Source: an uncultured Acidobacteriota bacterium
GTDB taxonomy: Bacteria > Acidobacteriota > JAQAZP01
DNA: 64,000 bases
Direction of reading: 5' to 3'
NCBI GenBank assembly: GCA_963836075.1
Contig: CAWIIB010000009.1
Location: forward strand, 736,001-800,000
This document shows positions 55,372 through 64,000 of this stretch, piece after piece; the first letter of the stretch is position 1; the number at the start of each line of letters is the position of its first letter. The position numbers and the translations under genes are program-made. The notes beneath the pieces were generated by a model that worked only from the letters and a program-made list of their open reading frames with translations, had not been told where the DNA came from and made no database searches.

Positions 55372-55877
55372 TGGGGCACGACCTGGAACAACGGCTGAAG
55401 CGGATGCGGCGGGTGCCGGCGCCGGAGGGCCTCGACCAACGGATGGAGGTGCTGTTCGACGAGGCGGTACAGGATGCGGCCGGGCATGGCCTGGACCAGC
55501 GGCTGAGGCGGATGCAGCGGGTGCCGGTGCCCGTGAACCTTGACCGGCGGATGTCTGCCCTGTTCGATGAGGCCGGTGGGGATGAGAAGGTCCACCGTCC
55601 CTGGCGGCTGCCGGCCTGGACCGCGGCAGCTGTGGGCCTGCTCCTGGTGGCTTCCTTTTTCCTTCGCGGGGGCCTGGGACCGAAACCGGTGGTGGTGGAG
55701 ATCAAACCCGACGGCCAGCTGGAGCAGTTCCTGCTGGGGGGCGAGCCGGCCGCGGCGCCCACCGACCTCGGCATCTTCACCAGGGGCGGCTGCTCGGTGG
55801 AAACCGTCTGGCCTGCCGATGCCCCGGGCATGGACCGGCAGCCCGTCAACGGCTCCATGACCAATGGTGAACGATGA
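55368..55877 (+). CDS. Putative membrane anti-sigma factor with duplicated N-terminal motif
   Basis: ATGA overlap with ECF gene, two repeats at 36-aa spacing, single TM helix. Confidence 0.7.
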   Translation: MMGHDLEQRLKRMRRVPAPEGLDQRMEVLFDEAVQDAAGHGLDQRLRRMQRVPVPVNLDRRMSALFDEAGGDEKVHRPWRLPAWTAAAVGLLLVASFFLRGGLGPKPVVVEIKPDGQLEQFLLGGEPAAAPTDLGIFTRGGCSVETVWPADAPGMDRQPVNGSMTNGER

Positions 55878-56680
55878 TGCTGATTACTCAGCGAAGATGG
55901 ATTCCCGGTGCTGGATTCAATCGTGCATTCACCGTTAAGAGCTGTCCGTGGGCCGGGATTTTGGGATCCACCGCACTGATCCTGATGGCACTGTTCGCCA
56001 TCCCGGCCATGGCGGCCGGTGACCTTTCCTCCTTCACCCTCGACCTGGCCGTGCTTACCGTTCCCACGGTCCCGGGCGCCGGGATGGAGGTATTCGGGCC
56101 GGAAGCCGGCGAACCGGTGGGCCGGCGCAGCAGCCAGCAGGCCATGGTCTGGCCCGGAGTGCGGCAAATCCGCTTTGGCCGGCTGGTCCTCTCCTTCGAG
56201 GGAGGCGCGATGCAGTGGAACGGTGGGCCCGAGCCGCCCGCCGGATCGGGTGTCCAGCGTCTCATCGAGCGCCGGGTGAGCCTGCAGTCGGGCCAGCCGA
56301 CACAGATCCGGGCCATCGTCGACGCCCTGCACTACTTCGAAGTTGTGCAGGACGGCCTCTTCGAACGGAAGTCGGTGAGCAAACGGGACCTGCCGGGCCT
56401 GCTGCTCGACTGCGAAGTGGAAGGCTACCAGGAGGGCCCCGGAGCCGGCCTGATCGACTTCGACTACAAGCTTCGGCTGGTAGCGGTGGAAGGCAGAGAA
56501 GAACTCCCCGGCGCCCCGGAGATGCCGGGCAAGCCTCGGCTGGCCCGGTTCAAGCTCAGCCGCTCGGAAGAAATCCCGTCAGGGGCCTGGCAGTTGATCA
56601 GCGGCCACCTTGTTTCGGACACCGGCGGCAGCCAGGGGAACTACCTCCTGGTCCTGATCCGCATCAACCCCGTGGAGTGA
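55874..56680 (+). CDS. Exported hypothetical protein
   Basis: Signal-like segment ending AMAA; coupled to neighbours; start uncertain. Confidence 0.65.
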   Translation: MMLITQRRWIPGAGFNRAFTVKSCPWAGILGSTALILMALFAIPAMAAGDLSSFTLDLAVLTVPTVPGAGMEVFGPEAGEPVGRRSSQQAMVWPGVRQIRFGRLVLSFEGGAMQWNGGPEPPAGSGVQRLIERRVSLQSGQPTQIRAIVDALHYFEVVQDGLFERKSVSKRDLPGLLLDCEVEGYQEGPGAGLIDFDYKLRLVAVEGREELPGAPEMPGKPRLARFKLSRSEEIPSGAWQLISGHLVSDTGGSQGNYLLVLIRINPVE

Positions 56681-56684
56681 CGAA

Positions 56685-59192
56685 ATGAACAGATACCAGA
56701 CACGAATCACCTCGGTCTTTCTGGCGGTGCTGTTCACAGCCGTCACCCCGTCGGCGCCGGCGCAGGATGCCGAAACCTGGGCCGCCGATTACGAGCAACT
56801 GACCGAATGGGAGTTCAGCGCCAGCACCGTCGCCCTGCCTGCCGGGGGGATCCACCTCGAGAATGAAACCGCGGAATGGTTCCTCGATACCGGCACGGTT
56901 CGCCCCATGCGGCCCACCTCCGGCGGATCGGTCACCGGCCTGATCTTCGAGGGAGAGGGGCGGTTCCGCATGGCCATCCCCGACAAGGTGGAGGCCGGCC
57001 AGGTCGCTCGTTTTACCGTGACGCCGGCCGAAGCCCAGCGACGGATCGAATTGCCGCCCACCGACAAACTCGAATACACCTTTCACCGGATGGTCCTGCG
57101 CACCACCGATGAACGGGTGATCGGTCTCTTTCCCGCAGTGTCCGGTGAGACCTTCAAGAAAAACAAACTGGCCCGGCAGCGCCACAACTGGTGGCTGCAG
57201 TACGCCCGGTTCGATGCCGACGCCCGGTTGATCGCCGGTCTGCTCAACGGGGACCATGAGTATCTGGCCATCGACATGGAAACTGACCAGCATGGCTGGC
57301 TCTTTTACGAGTTCGAGCCGTGGCGGATGGAGGAGATCCGCCTCTGCCGGATGCGTAAAACCTACGACTTCGTGGAAGTCTGGGTCAGTCTCGACCGGGT
57401 GGAGCACCGCCGGCCCGACGGGCGGCCAGGCCCCACCAACATCCCGCTCCTCGACCTGCTCGAGGCCGACCTGGAAGTGGACCTGATGAAACACAAGGGC
57501 CGCGCCGGCCAGGAGATCTCCCGCAAAAACTGGAACCTGGAATACCCGCGAACCCTCTTCCGGGCGCACATGGAATTCGAGTCTCAGGTGGACGGCCTGC
57601 AGGCCCTGCCGTTGCGGCTCAACCCCTGGTCCACCGACATCACGGCCACAGACGCCACCGGTCGGGCACTGCCCGTACTGCGCGCCCCCATCGGCCGGCT
57701 CTTCCCCATGGTCCTGCCCAAGGAGGAGGATCTCTCCCTGGTAGTGGTCCTTCACCAGCCGCTGGCCAGGGGTGAATCAGCGGAAATCGACTTCTCCTGG
57801 CGGCGGCAGACCAGCAATTACCCGGGGATAAACGAATCCTCCCCGGTGTACAGCAGCTCGACCTCTCCATATGCGGGCGGGGGCGGCTCGGACTGGTACC
57901 CGCCACTCGGTTCCCGGCGAGGCCGCTACTGGTATCCGGAGGCCCTGGGTGAACGGGATGATCCCCATACCGCACGGGTGACTATCATCCACCCCAAGAA
58001 GCTCGGGGTGCGGGCCACCGGCGTTCTTTCGGGCGGCACCACGGAGGGCAAGCGGGTCATCGACGTCTGGGAGTCGGATGTTCCGCTGAAGTCCGCCTGC
58101 TTTTCCTACGGATACGATTACAAGGAGCGCCGGGTCCTCCTGGAAGGGCTCCCCGAGGTGATCAGCTTCGGCGCCAACCGGCTGCAGAAGATGGGTGACA
58201 CCGTGGAGGCGGTGGCGGCCCACATGGCCAACAGCATCCAGTTCTACCAGGAGATCTTCGGCTACACCCTGCCCCTGGAGACCGTCACCGGCACCCGGGT
58301 GAACGGCAGCTCGCAAACGTATTCCGGCTTCATCGCCTACGGCGAACATACCTTCGACCTCACCCGCCCCTGGGAGAGCGAGCGGTCGCTGGCCATGAGG
58401 ACGGCGCAACTCTTCTGGGGCGAGCAGCTGGACTGGGAGAGCTATCGCGACAGGTGGCTGGCCGGTGCCCTGGCCGGATACTCGGCCATGCTCTACCTCG
58501 AAATGGTCACCGAAGGTTGGGGGCTGCGGCAGCGGGGTTCGATCCCCAACTACGATGAGCTCATCCGGCTGCGCCAACGCCAGTGGGCCTACGCCAGCCC
58601 CTACCATTACTATCGGCTGGGTCCGCTGGATGTGGGCTTCAGGGATTGGATCCCGGGGGTGCCCTCTGCATACTATGGAATGTCGGTGCTGCACATGCTG
58701 CGCGGAATACTCATGGGGCGGTCCGAAGACGGGGCCGGGCTATTCAACGCCATCCTCGCCGATTTTCTGAAGGCCCATGCCGGCGGCACGGCCTCCACCC
58801 GCGACTTCATCGCCACGGTGAACCGGCAGACCGGCGAGGACTGGGGCTGGTTCTTCGACCAGTGGGTCTACCGCACCGGAGTTCCCACCTATGGGTGGAG
58901 CCACTCGCTGTCCGAGGAGCCGGATGCCGACGGCCTCTACCTGCTGGAGATCTCGATGACCCAGCAGGGCGTAGCCGCTGACTTCCGCATGCCGGTGACC
59001 TTCGGGCTGGAATATGGGGATGCGCAGCCGGAGCTGCTGCAGTTCTTGATGGACCAGCCGTCGAAAACCTTCTCTGCCCGGCTGCCGTTCAAGCCGATGA
59101 AGGTGACCTTCGACCCGGATCATGACCTGCTCTACACCAAGGGGACATGGACAGCGGGCGGGTCGTCTGGAGGAGAAGGAGAAACCGAATGA
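56685..59192 (+). CDS. Secreted M1-aminopeptidase-like protein lacking the HEXXH motif
   Basis: M1-like layout (WYP, FWG...W..YRD.WL, VLHMLR, F...D.GWFFDQWVY.TGVP, DP) with MRTAQ at the HExxH position. Confidence 0.75.
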   Translation: MNRYQTRITSVFLAVLFTAVTPSAPAQDAETWAADYEQLTEWEFSASTVALPAGGIHLENETAEWFLDTGTVRPMRPTSGGSVTGLIFEGEGRFRMAIPDKVEAGQVARFTVTPAEAQRRIELPPTDKLEYTFHRMVLRTTDERVIGLFPAVSGETFKKNKLARQRHNWWLQYARFDADARLIAGLLNGDHEYLAIDMETDQHGWLFYEFEPWRMEEIRLCRMRKTYDFVEVWVSLDRVEHRRPDGRPGPTNIPLLDLLEADLEVDLMKHKGRAGQEISRKNWNLEYPRTLFRAHMEFESQVDGLQALPLRLNPWSTDITATDATGRALPVLRAPIGRLFPMVLPKEEDLSLVVVLHQPLARGESAEIDFSWRRQTSNYPGINESSPVYSSSTSPYAGGGGSDWYPPLGSRRGRYWYPEALGERDDPHTARVTIIHPKKLGVRATGVLSGGTTEGKRVIDVWESDVPLKSACFSYGYDYKERRVLLEGLPEVISFGANRLQKMGDTVEAVAAHMANSIQFYQEIFGYTLPLETVTGTRVNGSSQTYSGFIAYGEHTFDLTRPWESERSLAMRTAQLFWGEQLDWESYRDRWLAGALAGYSAMLYLEMVTEGWGLRQRGSIPNYDELIRLRQRQWAYASPYHYYRLGPLDVGFRDWIPGVPSAYYGMSVLHMLRGILMGRSEDGAGLFNAILADFLKAHAGGTASTRDFIATVNRQTGEDWGWFFDQWVYRTGVPTYGWSHSLSEEPDADGLYLLEISMTQQGVAADFRMPVTFGLEYGDAQPELLQFLMDQPSKTFSARLPFKPMKVTFDPDHDLLYTKGTWTAGGSSGGEGETE

Positions 59193-59193
59193 A

Positions 59194-59247
59194 TGTCAAT
59201 TTTGGGGACTTTGTCACTTTTCGGGACCTGGTCCCGAAAAGTGACAT
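59194..59247. repeat. 54-bp repeat containing a perfect 35-bp palindrome, copy 1
   Basis: TGTCACTTTTCGGGACC-T-GGTCCCGAAAAGTGACA; 52/54 identical to 62081-62134. Confidence 0.85.
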
Positions 59248-59287
59248 GGGCGCCAGTCAGGTCGTCCGGAGAGGAGGGAGAAACCGA

Positions 59288-62060
59288 ATGAACAACAACC
59301 GGCGCGCACTCATCCCTGTGGCTCTGGCGGTCGTCATCCTGCTCTCCGCTGCGCCGGCACAGGCGGTCACCGGTGAACGTACCGCCGGCCAGCCGCCGGT
59401 TCCCGCAAACGCCGCCGCCTGGGCCGCCGACTACGAACAGCTGGGCAAATGGGAGTTCAGCGGCACGCCGATCCCCCTGCCCGAGGGCGGTGTGCGCCTG
59501 CAGCGGGACTCTGCCGAGTGGTATTTCGAGAGCGGCACCGTTCGTCCCATGCGGCCCACCTCCGACGGGTCGGTCACCGGCCTGGTCTTCGAGGGACAGG
59601 GCCGGTTCCGGATGGAGGTTCCCGACCCGGTGGAGGTGAACCAGTTTCCCCGGTTCTTCCTCACGCCGGGTGAGGAGATAACGCCCCCCGAAACGCTCGC
59701 CGACGGCACGATCGAGTACCGGCTTCAGCCGGCTGGTCCTGCGCACCACCGACGACCGGGTGATGGCGCTCTTTCCAGGAACCACAGACACGGTGTTCCT
59801 GGTGAATCCGCTGGCTAACGCCTGCCACCTCCGGTGGCTGGGGCACGGCCGCTTCGACGCCGATTCAAGGGTGGTGGCGGGATTGCTCAACAACGACGGT
59901 GAGTATCTGGCCCTCGACATGGAGACCGCGGATCGCGGCTGGCTCTTCTACGAGTTCGAGCCGTGGCGGATGGAGGAGGTCCGTCTCTGCCGCATGCCGC
60001 TGGAGTACGACTTCGTCGAGGTCTGGATCAGCCTCGACCGGGCCGAGCACCGCCATGCCGACGGCCGCCCGGGCAGTACCCGTACCCCGCTGGTCGACCT
60101 GGTCCACGCCGACCTGGAAGTCGACCTGATGGCGCACAAGGGCCGGGTGGGCGAAGTGATCGCGAGGGGTGGCCGGCTACGGGGATCGAACATGAGCCTG
60201 CGGGCAGGCGGTGCCGATGCCGGGGTGCCGGGGGCCTCACACCCCTCTGGCGGCCGGAACAATCCGTATCCGGTGACCCGGTTCCAGGCGAGGATGACCT
60301 TCCAGGCGACCGTGGATGGGCTGCAGGCCCTGCCACTGCGGCTCAATCCCTGGGCCGGAGCGGTCACGGCCGTCCTCCCCGACGGAACGGAGCTGCCCGT
60401 ACTGCGTGCGCCCTTCACCGAACGATTCCCCCGCATCATCATCCACGAGGAGGACACCTCCACCGTGGTGCTCCTGCGGGAACCGCTGGCCCGGGGGGAG
60501 ACCGTCACCCTCGACTTCTCCTGGGTGCGGCGGACCACCAACAGCCCCGGCCGTCACGATCCGGGACCGGTTTACATCGAGCCGACCAACCCCTACCTCC
60601 TCGGCGGCGGCCAGGACTGGTATCCGCCGTTCATGCATTCGAGCGGTCGGTTCTGGTACCCGGAACCGCTGGAGGGCTGGAACGACCGGCACACTGCCAG
60701 GGTGACCATCATCCACCCAAAGAAACTCCAGGTGCGGGGCACCGGTTCACCAGCCGGCGGGAAGCAGGAGGGAAAGCGGTGTTTCAGCATGTGGGTATCG
60801 GATACGCCAATCAAGTCGGCGGCCTTCTCCTACGGGCACCGCTACACCGAGCGGCGGATCCTCGAGAAGGGGCTTCCTGAGGTGGTTGCCTTCGGACCCA
60901 ACCACTTCATGCAGCCAGGTGACGAGGCCGAGGGCATCGCGGCTCTCATCACCGACATGATCCGATTCTACCAGGGTACGTTCGATCACCGTCTCTCCCA
61001 GGAATCGATCACCTGTGCCAGCATCTACGGCAACTCGCAATCGTTCTCGAGGTTCATCGCCCTCAGGTCGAGGGTCTTCAACATGGACAAACCGCACACG
61101 CACGAGAAGTGGCTGGCCATGAAAACGGCCGAGCTTTTCTGGGGTGATCTGCTCGACTGGGAGAGCTACCGCGACGACTGGCTGATCAGAGCCCTGGTGG
61201 ATATCTCGGCGGAGATGTATATGGAGGCGGCCGGTGAGTGGTATCCGAAGAAGAAGGCCTATACGCGCCTTGGCGACAAAACCTGGGAAAAATTGTTCTG
61301 GCGGCGCTACGGCTCGTACCGCCGCGACCACTGGACGGGCCCACTCGAGCTGGGATTCAGGGCCAAGCTTCCCGAGATGATCCGCAGGAGGACCTATTAC
61401 ATGTCGATGAGTTTCAGCTCCTCAGGCTTTGATTCGAGCGCCTCCCTCGATCGGGTCGATTCGAATCTCACCTCCACCGCGGTTCGCGGCAGCCAGGCCT
61501 CCATGGCCACCGTGCGGACCAACCTGGGCGACTGCCGGTTCCAGCCGATTCCCCCCTGGCAGCGTTCCCTGCTGCTGAAGTCCGAGAAACGGAGGGAAGT
61601 GCTCTACATGCTGCGCGGTATCCTCCGCAACCACTTCGAGGACGGTGACGAGCGGTTCAACGCCATCCTCGCCGATTTCCTCAACACCTGCGCCGGCAGA
61701 CCGGCCTCCACCCGGCTGTTCATCGCCGCGGTGGAGCACAACACCAACGAAGACTGGGACTGGTTCTTCGACCAGTGGGTGTGTGGCAGCGAGGTCCCCA
61801 CCTACGACTGGGGGCATACCCTTTCCGTGAATCCGGACGCCGACGGCCTCTACCTGCTGGAGATCTGGATGCGGCAGGACGGCGTTCCCGAGGGCTTCCG
61901 CATGCCGGTGACCTTCGGCCTGGAATACGAGGACGCCGAACCGGAGCTGCTGCACTTCGATATGAACCTGCCGTCAAAGACCTTCAGTGTGCGGCTGCCC
62001 AACCGCCCGACGCAGGTGATCTTCGATCCTTACCAGGACCTGCTCTTTGTGAAGGAGTGA
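59288..62060 (+). CDS. Second secreted M1-like paralog lacking HEXXH (one +1 frameshift at ~59720)
   Basis: Colinear with 56685-59192; MKTAE at the HExxH position. Confidence 0.75.
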
Positions 62061-62080
62061 GGGAGGGGCATCGCGAGGCG

Positions 62081-62134
62081 TGTCAATTTTGGGGACCTTG
62101 TCACTTTTCGGGACCAGGTCCCGAAAAGTGACAT
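62081..62134. repeat. 54-bp repeat with 35-bp palindrome, copy 2
   Basis: TGTCACTTTTCGGGACC-A-GGTCCCGAAAAGTGACA. Confidence 0.85.
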
Positions 62135-62158
62135 TCTTATTCACGGCCGGTCACCGAG

Positions 62159-63520
62159 TCACTTTTCGTCTTTCGGCAGCAGGGCATCCACTTCGGAAGG
62201 TGTGATCCCCAGCTTCTCCGCGGCCACGATCCGGTCCCCGCCGAGAAACTTCACCGTGCGGGCCACGTGTTCACGTGTGGCCTCGTCGAGCGTCGAGGGG
62301 ATGAAGCCGCCGGCCTCCTCCCGCCCCAGCCTGATCCGCCGCAGCACGTAGTGGGGCAGCGAGGTGACGGTCATTGTGTCTCCCTCCACCTTGCGGATCG
62401 AGATGGAGATGATGTCGCGCAGTTCCTCGTGGTTGCCGGGGTAGTGGTAGCCCTGGAGCAGCTCGGCCAGCTCCGGGTCGAGATGCATCTCCCCCCGTCC
62501 CGCCTCGCGGGCCACGCGGGCCAGGAAGTGCTCGGCCAGCAGGGGGATGTCGTCGGGCAGCATGCGGAGCGGGGGCAAGTTGACCACGTTGGTCCGCAGG
62601 CGGTAGAGCAGCTGCCGGGAGAAGGTGGAGTCATAGGGGTCCAGGGTCAGGTCGCGGCTCGAGGCGGTGATCAGGCGGATGTCGATCTGCTGCACCTCGG
62701 TGCTCCCCTCGCGGTAGTACTCCCCGGTGCGGATCACCCGGTCCAGCCGGCGCTGCACGGCCTTGGTCATCCGGCCGATGTTGGCGATGAACATGGTCCC
62801 CAGGTGGGCCTGCTCGATGTATCCGGTGCGCCCCTCGCTGTCGCCCTGCCAGCCGCGGGCCACTCCGAAGAGATCGGCAGCGAACTGGTCCGGGTCGTGC
62901 GAGGCGGCGTTCACCGCCACGAAGGGGTGGTCCCGCCGGGGGCTCGCCTCGTGGATCACCCGGGCCAAGGTCCGCCGGCCGGTGCCCAGCTCGCCGCGGA
63001 TGAAGATGTTGAGGTTGCCGGCGGCCATCCGTTCCACCTGGTGGAAGATGCGGATCATCTTCGGGTTGCGGGTCTTCAGCCGGGCAAAGACCTCCTCGTG
63101 GTCCAGGTCGCCGCGGCTCAGCCGGGAGGGCAGCTTGTCCAGGCTGCTGTGCAGGGTGCGGGTGGTGATGGCCTTGCGCAGCACCTCGAGCAGCAGGTCG
63201 TCCTCCACCGGCTTGGCCAGGTAGTCGAAGGCACCGAGTTTCAGCGAACGCACCGCCAGGTCCACGTCGTTGATCCCGCTGAGCACCACCACCGGCAGGC
63301 CGAGTTCCTGGACCTGGAACTCCTTGAGCAGGTCGAACCCGCTGAGGCCGGGCATGTCGAGGTCGAGGATCATGGCGTCGAACTGCTGCACCCGCATCGT
63401 CTCCATCACCTGCTCCGGGTCGGTGATCACGGTGGGGTGGTAGATCTCGCTCTGGGTGAGGAATACCATCAGGTAGTTGGCCACCGCCGAGTCGTCGTCC
63501 ACGATCAGGATTTCATGCAT
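62159..63520 (-). CDS. NtrC-like response regulator with degenerate AAA+ domain
   Basis: Intact receiver (VDDD, DLDMPG, KP); AAA+ motifs altered; C-terminal Fis-like HTH. Confidence 0.88.
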   Translation of the reverse strand: MHEILIVDDDSAVANYLMVFLTQSEIYHPTVITDPEQVMETMRVQQFDAMILDLDMPGLSGFDLLKEFQVQELGLPVVVLSGINDVDLAVRSLKLGAFDYLAKPVEDDLLLEVLRKAITTRTLHSSLDKLPSRLSRGDLDHEEVFARLKTRNPKMIRIFHQVERMAAGNLNIFIRGELGTGRRTLARVIHEASPRRDHPFVAVNAASHDPDQFAADLFGVARGWQGDSEGRTGYIEQAHLGTMFIANIGRMTKAVQRRLDRVIRTGEYYREGSTEVQQIDIRLITASSRDLTLDPYDSTFSRQLLYRLRTNVVNLPPLRMLPDDIPLLAEHFLARVAREAGRGEMHLDPELAELLQGYHYPGNHEELRDIISISIRKVEGDTMTVTSLPHYVLRRIRLGREEAGGFIPSTLDEATREHVARTVKFLGGDRIVAAEKLGITPSEVDALLPKDEK

Positions 63521-63538
63521 CGACGTTCCTCATGGCGG

Positions 63539-64000
63539 TCACGCGCCCGCCGTGGCGGGTGTGTTGTCGAGAGGGAGGTGGATGGTGAAGGTGGAACCCT
63601 GGCCGAGCTGACTGGCCACGTGGATCACACCCCGGTGCTCCTGGATGATGCGGAAGACGATGGAGAGCCCGAGGCCGGTGCCGCCGCGGGCCCGCTTGGT
63701 GGTGAAGAAGGGGTCAAACAGGCTCTTCAGGGTGGCCTCGCTCATCCCGATGCCGTTGTCCGTCACCTTGACCAGGATGCGGCCCGACTCCAGGGCCGAC
63801 GAGAGGCGGATCAGGCCCCGGCGATTGTCGAGCATCGCCTGGCTGGCATTGATCATCAGGTTGACCAGCACCTGCTCCAGCTTCTGCCCGTTGCCGGCAA
63901 AGGTGGGCAGGTCCTCCGCCAGGTCCAGTTCGATGTCGGCCTGCTTCTGCACCTGTTTCTCCACCAGCCGGACGCTGTCGCTGATCACCCGGTTGATGTC
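63539..64000 (-). CDS. Sensor histidine kinase, C-terminal HATPase part (runs off window)
   Basis: QVLVNLMINA, DNGIG, FDPFFTTK, GTGLGL boxes. Confidence 0.93.
   Translation of the reverse strand, partial: DINRVISDSVRLVEKQVQKQADIELDLAEDLPTFAGNGQKLEQVLVNLMINASQAMLDNRRGLIRLSSALESGRILVKVTDNGIGMSEATLKSLFDPFFTTKRARGGTGLGLSIVFRIIQEHRGVIHVASQLGQGSTFTIHLPLDNTPATAGA

Overview
GC-rich bacterial chromosomal window, probably from a diderm anaerobe or microaerophile (inferred from gene content). It contains: a metal-uptake operon (porin plus ABC transporter); a B12 radical SAM gene; an ECF sigma/zinc anti-sigma pair divergent from two large secreted proteins and a TPR-CHAT protease; a Cus-type RND efflux cluster; sdhCAB; a 4.1-kb Fic/BI-1/GNAT-HDAC insert bounded by a duplicated sdhB 3' end; a sigma54-preceded oxidative-stress operon; a multiheme cytochrome; and a second ECF locus with two M1-like proteins lacking HEXXH. 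The main observation is a conserved ~120-aa C-terminal domain ending in D[V/T]TP[S/A]PYN[Q/E]PPYPPAG. It is appended to three unrelated exported enzymes, with a fourth orphan fragment, and is a candidate lineage-specific protein-sorting or surface-anchoring signal. Other observations: five isolated +1 frameshifts all lie next to GTAC (a probable sequencing footprint of a host DNA modification), there is an unannotated 49-aa DRR/YxGPERR microprotein, and there are several families of palindromic intergenic repeats. I recognised no rRNA, tRNA, CRISPR array, integrase or transposase. All calls come from reading motifs by eye; no searches were run.
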